From: a virus
Lineage: Duplodnaviria; Caudoviricetes
DNA length: 64,000 nt
Direction: 5' to 3' (one strand)
Virus record (IMG/VR): IMGVR_UViG_3300037484_000435
Span: 128,001 to 192,000 of that record
Positions 25,819 through 35,728 of this stretch are shown one piece after another (the stretch's first letter is position 1; every line of letters begins with the position of its first letter). A model generated the notes under the pieces. The model was not told where the DNA came from and searched no databases. It was given only the letters and a program-made list of their open reading frames with translations. The position numbers and the translations under genes are program-made.

Positions 25819-27729
25819 CTAATGGACCCAATAGGGCCCAAATTTTGCATCCACTTTACACGGACACACACTCGCAGGAATCATATCATAAAATGCCCGC
25901 GTCATTCCACCAACTAAAATTTCTTTAGCTTCCTGAACTACTTCTTTCTTCACCATTGTTTGTATCTCATCATGCACAACGGCCCATACATAGGCATTAC
26001 TATTGCCAAATCTGTTGTTTAATCCCTCATAAACATATTTGAGGGCCAATTTAGTCATTGAGGCTGACGAACCTTGAATTGTATGATTCACGGCCTGTCT
26101 TCTTACACCTGCTTTTATCTTCTCATAATCAGGGTCTGAGTTCGGGGGTAAGTTATAATATCTACGCCTACCCATTAAGGTCAAACTAAAACCCTTCTCC
26201 ACCGCCTTGTTACCTTCGACATCAATATAACGCTTCAAAGCGGGGTAAAACTTGAAGAAGCCCTGAATAACTGTCTTGGCTTCATCCTCAGGTATGTTAG
26301 CTACTTGAGCCAATCTTTTATAACTTCCACCGTAGGAGGTTAAGAAGTTAGCAGACTTACAAATACCACGTAGCCTTTTCCATTTTTCTTCTTCTTCTGT
26401 TATCTCGCTAAACCTTTGTTCATCTTGTTTCCTGTCTAAGGATTTCAAGATAGACCTCAGCTTATCCTTGTCAATTCCATATACCCGACACGTGGTGTTA
26501 TTATGTATATCCTCATTATTACGGAAGGCTTCCTGCATATTAACCTCATTACTGAGGTAGGATAACACCCGCAATTCCTGCCCGCCAAAGTCAGCTCCTA
26601 GACATACATAGCCTTCTGGAGCAACAAACCCGCGTCGATATTTACCCAAAGCGGGAATGTTCTGCATATTTGGGTCTTCAGATGCAAAACGTCCTGTTGA
26701 GGTTGAGCACTGTTTAAAACTAGCGTGCATACGACCAGTAACTCTGTTGATTCTGGCCAGCATCTTCTCACCGTAAGAGGTAAAAAACTTTCTTAGTTCT
26801 CGGTATTCCAATAGAGGTTCAATTATTGGGTGTGAACCACTAATCTTTTCCAAGATGTCCGCTCCAGTTGATTCTACATTGAGGCCTAAATCTCTCAAGG
26901 CTGGCCCCAATTGTGCGGGGCTGTCTACAGAAATCCCACAGAAATTATCAAAGACCGATTTCTGTTTCTCTAGGGGTTTGAGGTAGGCGTTTATAATGAT
27001 ACGTAACTCATTAAGTCTTTCCTCAGTTTCCTGTAAAAGTTTTCGCCAATGCTCCAAATCCAAATCAACACCGTGATATTCCATCATGGCCACAGCAGGT
27101 ATAATATCAAATTCTAACTGTGATACTGGTATGAGGCCATCTTGTTGTAACTTAAATAGTTGGCCCCAGTAGATGGGCTGTAGAACATGCACATCTCTTG
27201 CAGAATACTGTAGCTGTTCTTCTGAAAAACCTGTCCGAACATACCCTGAGTAAAAACCTTTCCTCAGAGCTTTATTCATATCTTTCGTTGTAAACTTAGT
27301 GTATTTGGGGGCCACAACATCCAACTTCTGGTAACCGTTGGTAGGAAAATCTTTACCAGCACCCAAGATTTTCTCGCTAATCATAGTATCATACAGATTA
27401 ACGAGTTCAATCCCTGTCGAAGCTTTTATAATCTTGAAATCAAACCCGATGTTATGGCCTATTTTTAAACAATCCTTTTTGCTACAAATGTCCTTTAGCA
27501 ACCTATAAACTGGGGAGGTTGTATCCCTCCGTAAAATTGCGTTCTCTACCGTACAGTCAATCACCACATTACTCTGGCCATTTGAAAACTGCCAAAGCAA
27601 TAATTCTGCTGTGTGTGGGTCCAAACCTGTTGTTTCTGTATCTGTTCCAATTAAAGGGGCTCTAACAAATTCATGCAGAGCCCCGAGTATATCCTCATCC
27701 GTTTTCACGTATGTATACGGTAATTCCAT
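25819..27729 (-). CDS. polA: family A DNA polymerase (3'-5' exonuclease plus polymerase)
   Basis: DTETTGLD, GHNIGFD, TGRFASEDPNMQNIP, motif A ADFGGQELR, motif B KSANFLTSYG, motif C VHDE. Confidence 0.95.
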   Translation of the reverse strand: MELPYTYVKTDEDILGALHEFVRAPLIGTDTETTGLDPHTAELLLWQFSNGQSNVVIDCTVENAILRRDTTSPVYRLLKDICSKKDCLKIGHNIGFDFKIIKASTGIELVNLYDTMISEKILGAGKDFPTNGYQKLDVVAPKYTKFTTKDMNKALRKGFYSGYVRTGFSEEQLQYSARDVHVLQPIYWGQLFKLQQDGLIPVSQLEFDIIPAVAMMEYHGVDLDLEHWRKLLQETEERLNELRIIINAYLKPLEKQKSVFDNFCGISVDSPAQLGPALRDLGLNVESTGADILEKISGSHPIIEPLLEYRELRKFFTSYGEKMLARINRVTGRMHASFKQCSTSTGRFASEDPNMQNIPALGKYRRGFVAPEGYVCLGADFGGQELRVLSYLSNEVNMQEAFRNNEDIHNNTTCRVYGIDKDKLRSILKSLDRKQDEQRFSEITEEEEKWKRLRGICKSANFLTSYGGSYKRLAQVANIPEDEAKTVIQGFFKFYPALKRYIDVEGNKAVEKGFSLTLMGRRRYYNLPPNSDPDYEKIKAGVRRQAVNHTIQGSSASMTKLALKYVYEGLNNRFGNSNAYVWAVVHDEIQTMVKKEVVQEAKEILVGGMTRAFYDMIPASVCPCKVDAKFGPYWVH

Positions 27730-28646
27730 TAAGGAGCCTCCAACAATGCTTTCCTGTGCTCAACTATATCTGGTAATTCAGACAGTATATCAGTAAGTTC
27801 CGCCTCTCCACAAGCCATTATTTTTGTGTTGTCCAACAAAAAATGTCCCTCTTTACTCTCCATTACCTTAGGTAAAACTTGTGGGCGTATAATAGGGATA
27901 AGTTTTTGTATTAACTCCGCATTTGGCATTCCAGACGCACTAGAAACATTATATACCCCGCGAAAATCTTTTATACCTAAAAGATTAGCAATCATAACAC
28001 AGGCTTGCCGAACCAAAATATAGTCCCTTTTCTGCTGGCCGTGCTTAACTAGCAATGGTTGGTCAGACAAAAGAGTCTGAATAATAAATGTGAGCGGGTC
28101 GGCCATAGGATGTAAGAAATCTCTTTTGCCCACTATGATAGACGGACGCAAAATTACTAGCGGTATCTTCAAGTTCTTACACACTGAAGTTACATATTTC
28201 TCAGCAATAAGCTTATCCGTAATGAACATATTGGGACTTTCCCAGTTGATTATAGATGTCTCCTTAATTAAACCAGTTTTAGGTTTGTAAACCATATCCG
28301 AAGAGACGTAAACAAGCCGTGCACCATCCAACACTGACATAATAGGGAGCATACGTACCATGGCATGCATTAACCACGAGTACCGCACATGCGGCGTGAC
28401 ATTCGGGTCATTAGCAAAAAAGAAAGGGAGCCAGACTACATTATCCGGCGTGAATGATTTTAAGGCAGAGGACACAGAAGATTCATTAGTAGCGTCCCCA
28501 AACATAATCTGTAGGTTAGGGCTATTCTCTAGAGGGGAAGAAAAACTGTAGTTATCATATACCGCTACAGACTCTCCCCGTAACAATAATTCTTGGGCGA
28601 GATTCCTCCCAAGGAACCCCGCCCCTCCAATAAGTAAGTGTTTCAT
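27729..28646 (-). CDS. NAD-dependent epimerase/dehydratase-like SDR lacking catalytic Tyr
   Basis: LLIGGAGFLG, YVSSDMVY, FITDK at the YxxxK position, QKRDYI. Confidence 0.75.
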   Translation of the reverse strand: MKHLLIGGAGFLGRNLAQELLLRGESVAVYDNYSFSSPLENSPNLQIMFGDATNESSVSSALKSFTPDNVVWLPFFFANDPNVTPHVRYSWLMHAMVRMLPIMSVLDGARLVYVSSDMVYKPKTGLIKETSIINWESPNMFITDKLIAEKYVTSVCKNLKIPLVILRPSIIVGKRDFLHPMADPLTFIIQTLLSDQPLLVKHGQQKRDYILVRQACVMIANLLGIKDFRGVYNVSSASGMPNAELIQKLIPIIRPQVLPKVMESKEGHFLLDNTKIMACGEAELTDILSELPDIVEHRKALLEAP

Positions 28647-28650
28647 TATG

Positions 28651-29142
28651 TTATTCTAACTTATTTTTCTCTTGGTAATCGATAAATGTCTTTCTCTGTA
28701 ATATAGCAAGGTCAAAGTCCTGTTGAGAAAGAGTGGACTGTTGATTATCTTTCAACTGTTGGTCTATATAAGACTCAATAGGTTCCATATTATATCCCAG
28801 ACCTTTCCCTATATCTATCTTCTTCAATAACTGTCGACTAAACTTACGGGCAGAAAAATCTTCGCCCCCATTATAAAACATAATTAATCGAGATAGTAAA
28901 TGTTTAATCTCGCTGTGTAAAGTTTCTAATGAAGGTGGGGGAATTTCTTCTTGGCAGTCCGACTCCCTCTTATGTTGAGCGAAACCCAACAGACGACCGT
29001 CCACCTCATCCAACTCAAACTCTTCTACAGAAATATCATAGCCTAATCTATAGTGGTCAGATATCTCTTTACTACTACATACCCCAATGACTGTGTCTTC
29101 CTCGGGGCATGCCCCATGCCTTATTAATACATATACCAACAT
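28651..29142 (-). CDS. hypothetical protein
   Basis: ORF track. Confidence 0.55.
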   Translation of the reverse strand: MLVYVLIRHGACPEEDTVIGVCSSKEISDHYRLGYDISVEEFELDEVDGRLLGFAQHKRESDCQEEIPPPSLETLHSEIKHLLSRLIMFYNGGEDFSARKFSRQLLKKIDIGKGLGYNMEPIESYIDQQLKDNQQSTLSQQDFDLAILQRKTFIDYQEKNKLE

Positions 29143-30291
29143 TTATTTCTTCCTCGTTGACATTCTAGCTCCACCGGGAGTGCTGAGTGCGGCACCGCCT
29201 ATGGCTGCTCTCAAATCAGGCCTCTCCAGACCTATATAATTTTCCAAAGCCTCATTTTTAATCGATACCAAACGAGGTAAGTCCTCTGCTGGAATAAACG
29301 GAATGACTCGTGATGCATCATATACTGTGCGACTTGTCTGCTTCCAAGAAACGATTGAATCATCATCCTCAAACTTGAATAGGTTATCCATCGCAACTTT
29401 ACTGTCTGCCCAAGCCTTAAGTTCAAAGATACGATTCTTGGCAATCTTTTCGACAGCCTTTATCTTCTTCCACTCTGTTGTAAACTCGGCTTCAGAAACC
29501 AGTGACTGAATGGGGGTAAACTTTATGTCTGAGTCCAGAACCTGTTTGTAGGCGGAACACATGTGTTTATAACCACACCAAGGACAATACTGGTTAATAG
29601 TAGGGGTTACATCTTTTGTGGAAAGATCGCCCATCGCTGTCCAAAGCGCATTAAGCCACTGTTCAAAATTCTTTCTCTCATCAGGGGACCTCTCAGTAAT
29701 TACAGCCTCACTTCTAAGAAAGTCAAGAGCTAACCATATTTGATTATACTGGGGGTGTGTCCTGCTCATCATATAATCATACATAGAAAGTTGCACATCA
29801 GTACGTGCTTCATTCAGAGTTTTAGCCCTTCTTGAAGTCTTGTAGTCAACAATCAGTGCTGTCGTAGGAGACATCTCCTGCACCAAGTCAATAATACCGT
29901 TTAGAGGGACACCTCGGTCAGTTGTTACCTGTAATTTATAGAAGTTTAATTCTGTCGCTTTAACGGGGTAGTTTGGGTTGTGCCTATAAAGGCGGGCACG
30001 AATAAGGTCTTGTCCTTCCTTTAGTAGCTCAGGATTAGCTATCCGTTGCCCCGCCGCGTACTCTAAGAACTTCGTAGCAATCTCCTCACAGAGTTCTGCG
30101 GTCAGAGCCTCCCCAAACATCAAACGCTTCCCTAAATCCTCTAGGGCAGCGTGAACAGAGGAACCAAAACGTAAGGCCTCAGTGTCCCCTAAATCCTGCT
30201 CCTTGGTATGGTAACGCCAGTGAAATTTTAAAAGACATTGTAGATACGTATCTATACACGTGGGACTTAAACTTCTAGGTCGAATGCTCAT
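29143..30291 (-). CDS. PD-(D/E)XK RecB/Cas4-like exonuclease
   Basis: LSPTCIDTYLQC, GIIDLV, IVDYKTS, QLSMY, CPWCGYKHMC Fe-S-type Cys set. Confidence 0.88.
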   Translation of the reverse strand: MSIRPRSLSPTCIDTYLQCLLKFHWRYHTKEQDLGDTEALRFGSSVHAALEDLGKRLMFGEALTAELCEEIATKFLEYAAGQRIANPELLKEGQDLIRARLYRHNPNYPVKATELNFYKLQVTTDRGVPLNGIIDLVQEMSPTTALIVDYKTSRRAKTLNEARTDVQLSMYDYMMSRTHPQYNQIWLALDFLRSEAVITERSPDERKNFEQWLNALWTAMGDLSTKDVTPTINQYCPWCGYKHMCSAYKQVLDSDIKFTPIQSLVSEAEFTTEWKKIKAVEKIAKNRIFELKAWADSKVAMDNLFKFEDDDSIVSWKQTSRTVYDASRVIPFIPAEDLPRLVSIKNEALENYIGLERPDLRAAIGGAALSTPGGARMSTRKK

Positions 30292-30842
30292 TCTATATTT
30301 CTCCTACCTGGAGTAAGGACTATCTCTCCAGTTCTTATTTTTTCTTCAAAACGGTTTGCGTGCAATTTTCGATGACACACTACACATAAATAAATACATT
30401 TTTCTAATTCTGGAACCACTTCTAATTCCCAATCTTTCGACGACATTCGTGCAACAATATATTTCTTTGTCTCTGGGTTTACATGGTGACACTCATATAA
30501 TGAGAAACAATTCTCGTTGCAATGGCAGATAAAACACTTCTCCCCAAAATATTGGTGCAACTTTCTGTTCCAAATCTCTATTCTTTTTTTGTGATAGGCC
30601 AATCGTTTATCCACATGCCTATAATAGCTCTCTCTATTCTTTTTGCGGGATAAACCAAGGGATTTATAGTATTTTTTCTTTCGTTGCTCTTGTATTATAC
30701 CTCTATGCTCTTCGTAATACTTTTGTTTTTTCTTAGACGAACAGTCCCTACAATCTAAATCATAGTAACCGCTAGTCTTCGCTCTATAGAAGGAGCTTTC
30801 TTCCTTCTCCTCTCTACAGGTACGACATATTCTTTTGCTCAT
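30288..30842 (-). CDS. HNH homing endonuclease, paralog family A
   Basis: N-terminal CRTC..CRDC; CFIC..HHVNP..ELEKCIYLCVVCHRKLH. Confidence 0.8.
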   Translation of the reverse strand: MSKRICRTCREEKEESSFYRAKTSGYYDLDCRDCSSKKKQKYYEEHRGIIQEQRKKKYYKSLGLSRKKNRESYYRHVDKRLAYHKKRIEIWNRKLHQYFGEKCFICHCNENCFSLYECHHVNPETKKYIVARMSSKDWELEVVPELEKCIYLCVVCHRKLHANRFEEKIRTGEIVLTPGRRNIE

Positions 30843-31393
30843 TCCTTTTTTCCAGCCCTTAGGATTAATTTTCCAGATTCTATATCTTCATTAAACCAAC
30901 CTGCGTGTATCTTTCGATGACAGTTTGCACATAAATAAACACACTTTTCTAGTTCTGGGACCACCACTTTGTCCCACTGCCGACCATATAACTGATATAA
31001 GGAATAAACTTTAATGTCTGGGTCAACATGGTGCCCATCATAAATTTCGTAAAAGGGCTCATTCCTATGACAGATAAAACATTCACCCCCATAATAATCA
31101 TGAATTTTTTTGGAAAATTCTTCCCTTCTCTTATTGGCACTATCTCGATTTAACCTTTTTCCTCTCTCACTCTGCTTATATTGTCTTGATGTTATAGAAG
31201 CCCTTTTTTTATTATTTCTGTACCACTCTTTTGACCTTTCTCTATTCGTCTGCCTTGTCTCATCTGACATCTGTGACCGTTTAGTAGCCTCACATTGTTT
31301 ACAGCGGGTCTTTAATCCGTGTTTCTGATACTTATCTTTACCAAAACAACTCTTTTCCCTTTCTTCTTGGCAATCAACACAAACATAAAACAT
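30839..31393 (-). CDS. HNH homing endonuclease, paralog family A
   Basis: CVDC..CKQC; CFIC..HHVDP..ELEKCVYLCANCHRKIH. Confidence 0.8.
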   Translation of the reverse strand: MFYVCVDCQEEREKSCFGKDKYQKHGLKTRCKQCEATKRSQMSDETRQTNRERSKEWYRNNKKRASITSRQYKQSERGKRLNRDSANKRREEFSKKIHDYYGGECFICHRNEPFYEIYDGHHVDPDIKVYSLYQLYGRQWDKVVVPELEKCVYLCANCHRKIHAGWFNEDIESGKLILRAGKKE

Positions 31394-31407
31394 CCAAACG
31401 GCCTCCT

Positions 31408-31443
31408 AAAATAAATGATAAGCTGGCTAAAGACCAACCTATC
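31408..31443 (-). terminator. putative intrinsic terminator/attenuator
   Basis: 11-bp stem with G-U pairs GATAGGTTGGT/GCCAGCTTATC, 5-nt loop, then ATTTATTTT. Confidence 0.5.
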
Positions 31444-31522
31444 CTCAATCTAGATATAAGGTTAACTAAAAATATTTCATTTTCTCCAATTATAATTTTA
31501 ATTCTGTTGATGAATAGTCTCT

Positions 31523-31552
31523 ACTGTATATCTAGTACACAAATCTATCTCT
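31523..31552 (-). promoter_or_regulatory. conserved 30-bp motif, copy 2
   Basis: minus strand AGAGATAGATTTGTGTACTAGATATACAGT, 27/30 identical to copy 1; overlaps uvrD stop. Confidence 0.7.
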
Positions 31553-33398
31553 ACTTCGCAGGCTTGATATTGAGCCCTTCTAAAAATCTGGAGGGCTTGG
31601 AATAAAACACACTCTTCCCTTCGACATAAGCTCTAGGGTAACACATGTAAAGTCTATTGCGTGCCCTAGTCATAGCCACATAAAAAAGACGGTGTTCTTC
31701 TTCCATATCCTTCTCAGACTCAAAACTCTTACTAGAAGGTAACCTGCCGTCTGTGAGGTTGACAATAAAAACATTATCCCACTCTAGCCCCTTGGCAGAA
31801 TGTATAGTAGACAGTGTTAGTTTATCTCCCTTACGAGCTTCGTCGTCGAAAGCATCAGAAGTGTACCAAGCATCAACAATATCTTGTAACTTAGGAGAAA
31901 TTCTCCACTGCACACAAAGGTTATCAATATCCTTTACGCGGGTCTCGTAAGCCTCAGCTTCCGACTTTAAATCCTTTTGGGAATTAAGCACCGCCTTATA
32001 ATGACTATGTATCTGGTCTATAGTTGTGGTTACATCACCTTCTTGGGTAAGTAACCAATAAAGATTACGAAGATTTTGTCCTACCTTCCCTTTAGCGTTC
32101 AGTCCATTAAGGCCATTTAATTCTACTTGCTCCAATATCTTTTTAGCGGTTTCCTTTCCTATACCCTTCTGGAACATAAGCAACCGTTTCCAAGCCCCTA
32201 AATCCTTCGGGTTTAATATAACCCGCAAATAAGAAATAAAATCCTTAATATGTCTAGCTTCTTTAATCTCCTGCCCGCCGTACTTCTTGTAGGGAATCCC
32301 TTTATTTACCAAAGCATACTCTAAACCCCGAGCGTCATAGTTACCTCGGTAAAGTATGCTGGTCTCACTGTGATTTAATAGGCCAAGAGTCTTTATGATG
32401 AAGTCACTCATTTGATATTGATTCTCGGCCACCACAATCTTGGGGGAGACTTTACTCTTAATCTCAGACTTTAATGGGTTCTCCAGTTTACCCAGATTCA
32501 AGCGTTTATAAAAAGAATTAACAGTCTTAATGATATTCTGATTGCTACGGTAATTCTGGTTTAATTTAATTATGCGGGCGTGCGGAAACTTCTCTAAAAA
32601 TGTATTTATATTATCAGGATTGGCCCCGCGAAACCCATAGATTGATTGGGCATAATCTCCCACAGCCGTTACAAATTCGTGCTCTTGGGTTAAAAGGTCA
32701 AGCATATTAGCCTGAAGAATATTAGTATCTTGATACTCGTCTACCAAGATATAACGAAGCTTCTGCCCGAGCATCTTTCGTATTTCGGGGCGGTTACACA
32801 ACATGGTATTAAATTCTACCAGTATGTCATCAAAGTCTAATAGGTCCTGCCTCTGTTTAAAAGTAGAGTATTCCTTCTGTAGACCCACTATCTTTTTTTC
32901 ATAATCAAGCCATGTCTTAGGCAATAAATCATGCAGAGCGACCCCTTTATTTACAACCTTGGAATAAATCTGCATTAACTCGTAAGGGTCGATACCCCCT
33001 TTGTCTAGTTTCAAGTCCTTAACTCGAACACGAAAGAAGGAACGTACTTCGCCCTCATCAATAACTTGTTGTCTGTTACCCGAGTAATGCCTTAAACTAT
33101 CCAGAGCAAAGGCGTGAAATGTGCCTCCAACTGGGTCAGGTAAATTCATACCAGATAAACTTCTTACGCGTTGCAACATTTCTTGTGCTGCTTTTTTCGT
33201 GAAAGTAAGTAGGAGTATGTTTTGTGGATGTACCCCGATAGTAGTTAAAAACAAAGTCTTGTAAGTAATCACGCGGGTCTTCCCGGTACCAGCCCCGGCC
33301 ACCACCAAACAAGGATTACCCACGTCCACCACAGCTTCCAACTGTTCTGGATTTAAGTCGTTAAGATATTCTGTCATGTTGATGCCGTCAGTTAGCAT
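31551..33398 (-). CDS. uvrD: UvrD/PcrA/Rep superfamily 1 DNA helicase
   Basis: LNPEQLEAV, AGAGTGKT, LTFTKKAA, LVDEYQD, VGDYAQSIYGFRGA, NYRS, STIHSAKGLEW, EEHRLFYVAMTRA. Confidence 0.95.
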   Translation of the reverse strand: MLTDGINMTEYLNDLNPEQLEAVVDVGNPCLVVAGAGTGKTRVITYKTLFLTTIGVHPQNILLLTFTKKAAQEMLQRVRSLSGMNLPDPVGGTFHAFALDSLRHYSGNRQQVIDEGEVRSFFRVRVKDLKLDKGGIDPYELMQIYSKVVNKGVALHDLLPKTWLDYEKKIVGLQKEYSTFKQRQDLLDFDDILVEFNTMLCNRPEIRKMLGQKLRYILVDEYQDTNILQANMLDLLTQEHEFVTAVGDYAQSIYGFRGANPDNINTFLEKFPHARIIKLNQNYRSNQNIIKTVNSFYKRLNLGKLENPLKSEIKSKVSPKIVVAENQYQMSDFIIKTLGLLNHSETSILYRGNYDARGLEYALVNKGIPYKKYGGQEIKEARHIKDFISYLRVILNPKDLGAWKRLLMFQKGIGKETAKKILEQVELNGLNGLNAKGKVGQNLRNLYWLLTQEGDVTTTIDQIHSHYKAVLNSQKDLKSEAEAYETRVKDIDNLCVQWRISPKLQDIVDAWYTSDAFDDEARKGDKLTLSTIHSAKGLEWDNVFIVNLTDGRLPSSKSFESEKDMEEEHRLFYVAMTRARNRLYMCYPRAYVEGKSVFYSKPSRFLEGLNIKPAK

Positions 33399-34326
33399 TC
33401 CCTGCTTGTTGAAGAGACTGTGGAGTTACACAACCAGTAAAGCTTTGCTCCATTACTGGATAACCTGAGGGGTCGAATTCAAATATATCCGCACGTTTGA
33501 TGAAATTCTCTAGCAAAACATTAGGGGTATAATCATGCTCCAAGGGCTCAGTGTAAAGTTCAAAATCCTTATTCTTTATATCCTCTAAACCTTTTTCAAA
33601 AATCATATCTATAGCTTTCTTTTCGAACCGCATATCAAAAGGAAAAAACATCGGTAAATCTATTGTGTTGGTGTGGTTAAATTGTAATATACTTCGTACC
33701 ATCTTTCCGACTGGATCCAAGTGCGAAGTGTGGTGAATGGTAACTTCCTCAATTGGTACAGGTTGATACTGTGGCATAGGAGCACCTTCACCATTCACTA
33801 CCCTTACCCCGTCATTTGAGTCTGGATGAAAAGTGGTTCTACGTATGTGGTTATGTGGCACTGCGTAACCTTGAAGGATATCATGAGCTAGATCTGGCCT
33901 ATTCCTGAAAACATGAGGTCCTTTTGAACTACACCCGTCCGCCCGATGATGGCGGTCACAATAGTAATTAAGAAGGCTGAAAGAAATCCCCGCACCGTTT
34001 TCGAGAGGATACCTCTTAACAATATCCTTCAACGATGGACCGTGGAAAGTAAAGATTTCATCCACGTCTAAAAACAAAACCACATCTGAATCTGCCAGTC
34101 TTAAAGCAGAGGTGAAACCACTTCCGAAGGGATTATCAAAGCAATTGAATAATGATTTCACATGTTTACGTACCTTCCCGTATCTGGATAAATCTACCTT
34201 ATCATATATAGACGTATCCAGAAAAACGAAGGAGTCCACATGGTCGTATAAACTCTCAATGGACTCGTATAAAGGTAATTTAACTGTTATAGGATCGCTA
34301 ATCATAGCGTAAGCAGTAATGAACAT
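33388..34326 (-). CDS. GT-A fold glycosyltransferase-like protein
   Basis: VLFLDVDEIF DxD motif, IHHTSH. Confidence 0.65.
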   Translation of the reverse strand: MFITAYAMISDPITVKLPLYESIESLYDHVDSFVFLDTSIYDKVDLSRYGKVRKHVKSLFNCFDNPFGSGFTSALRLADSDVVLFLDVDEIFTFHGPSLKDIVKRYPLENGAGISFSLLNYYCDRHHRADGCSSKGPHVFRNRPDLAHDILQGYAVPHNHIRRTTFHPDSNDGVRVVNGEGAPMPQYQPVPIEEVTIHHTSHLDPVGKMVRSILQFNHTNTIDLPMFFPFDMRFEKKAIDMIFEKGLEDIKNKDFELYTEPLEHDYTPNVLLENFIKRADIFEFDPSGYPVMEQSFTGCVTPQSLQQAGNAN

Positions 34327-35078
34327 TATATTTCCCCTTCTAATTTGTTATTTATTTCCCAATGCCTAACTCGATGACAATTCGCACAGTACAACACACA
34401 CTTATCTAATTCTTCTCTGACCTTTTTGGACATTGAGCGGTGCCGAGCCAGTAATGTTCCCAAATTCATTTCTTTCTCCTCAGAATCATGATGAAAATCA
34501 TAGACATCAAGAATCTCTGTTTCTTTTAAACCACATTTAATACATTTCCCACCTAAGTATTCGATGCAACTCCTTTTTGCGTTTATACGATCGACCTTAG
34601 ATTTCTCTGCATACTTTTTATTACAAGATTTACAATAGTTTTTGGACAAATCCTCTTTGGGAGACTTGCAGGAAACACAAAGCCCCTGTTCTTTTAATTT
34701 AATGGCCCGAATCTTACTCTTCTGGTACTTACATTTTCTACATTGTAACTCATACTTAAATTTACGCTTTAAATAGTCGAACTCAGAAATAGGTTTTAGA
34801 CGTTGACATGTACTACATAGTTGCTCAGTAGGAAACTCACGTGGTTTATTGTTTGCCCAACGTTCTAATGATTTCTCTTTTATTCTATCCTTATTTTTAG
34901 CATAATAACATCGAGTTTTTTGTCGGTTATTTTCTAAATTATTTGCCCATTTCATTTTGCTATACAGTCGGTTACACTCTTTGCAACTACAGCGAAGCCC
35001 GTCATTATGCGACCGATCCACAGAAAATTCGTCAACACTCTTCTCTATTTTACATTTGCTACACACCTTAGTCTCCAA
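34326..35078 (-). CDS. HNH homing endonuclease with multiple Zn fingers (family A-related)
   Basis: CSKC/CKEC, CSTC/CRKC, CVSC/CKSC; YLGGKCIKC..DFHH..EELDKCVLYCANCHRVRH. Confidence 0.82.
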   Translation of the reverse strand: METKVCSKCKIEKSVDEFSVDRSHNDGLRCSCKECNRLYSKMKWANNLENNRQKTRCYYAKNKDRIKEKSLERWANNKPREFPTEQLCSTCQRLKPISEFDYLKRKFKYELQCRKCKYQKSKIRAIKLKEQGLCVSCKSPKEDLSKNYCKSCNKKYAEKSKVDRINAKRSCIEYLGGKCIKCGLKETEILDVYDFHHDSEEKEMNLGTLLARHRSMSKKVREELDKCVLYCANCHRVRHWEINNKLEGEI

Positions 35079-35082
35079 AATA

Positions 35083-35295
35083 CTATTTTAACCTCTCACA
35101 ACCTTCTTGTTTTTGTTGAAATTGTTCTAAGTATTCCTCAAATTCTTTTGAGTTTATTCCTATATTCACTCCTGCACCACCAAAGGTACAAGACCACCCT
35201 TCAGATAAATCTGGGAGACCTCCTTTCCAATCCCCCCAGATGTGTGTAATAGTTCCTAAGTCTTTATTGTCTGGCATTCTCATCCTCCTCAACAA
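35083..35295 (-). CDS. hypothetical protein
   Basis: ORF track. Confidence 0.5.
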   Translation of the reverse strand: MLRRMRMPDNKDLGTITHIWGDWKGGLPDLSEGWSCTFGGAGVNIGINSKEFEEYLEQFQQKQEGCERLK

Positions 35296-35434
35296 GCCCC
35301 GTCTTTACATAGTTATCACAATCTTTACATTTCAGATATCCCTCTTTCTTATCTCCCGCCTTTACCCACAAAGGTAAACTCTCAAACAGTTCACCACCAC
35401 ACTTATCACACACTATCTTCTCCATCGCTCATAC

Positions 35435-35728
35435 CTAGTCGGGTAATTTAAATCCCTCGGACTCTACCTCTGAGTATATAATAGGCGGTGTGTATCCTAC
35501 TTTAGGTAAAGGATATTCAGTATAAGGTTTTTTATTTCTCGGCCCGTCAGCTGGGGGTTCTCCAACTAACCACGTTGTATCATGTGGCCCATCAAAAACA
35601 GACCAAGCATTAGGTTCCGTTTTGAAAGGCTTATCAAACAAACCGTCAGGGCAACGCTCTCCTGTATCCCGACAATAAAAATAACCTTTTTTTATTAAGC
35701 AATTGAGTTTTTCACACATTGCACTCAA
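35435..35728 (-). CDS. hypothetical protein
   Basis: ORF track; GGAG SD. Confidence 0.55.
   Translation of the reverse strand: MSAMCEKLNCLIKKGYFYCRDTGERCPDGLFDKPFKTEPNAWSVFDGPHDTTWLVGEPPADGPRNKKPYTEYPLPKVGYTPPIIYSEVESEGFKLPD

Noticed and set aside
29143-30291. Cas4-like nuclease suggesting a CRISPR locus
   Set aside because: No repeat-spacer array or other cas genes seen; its position with UvrD, PolA and Rad52 fits recombination-dependent replication.
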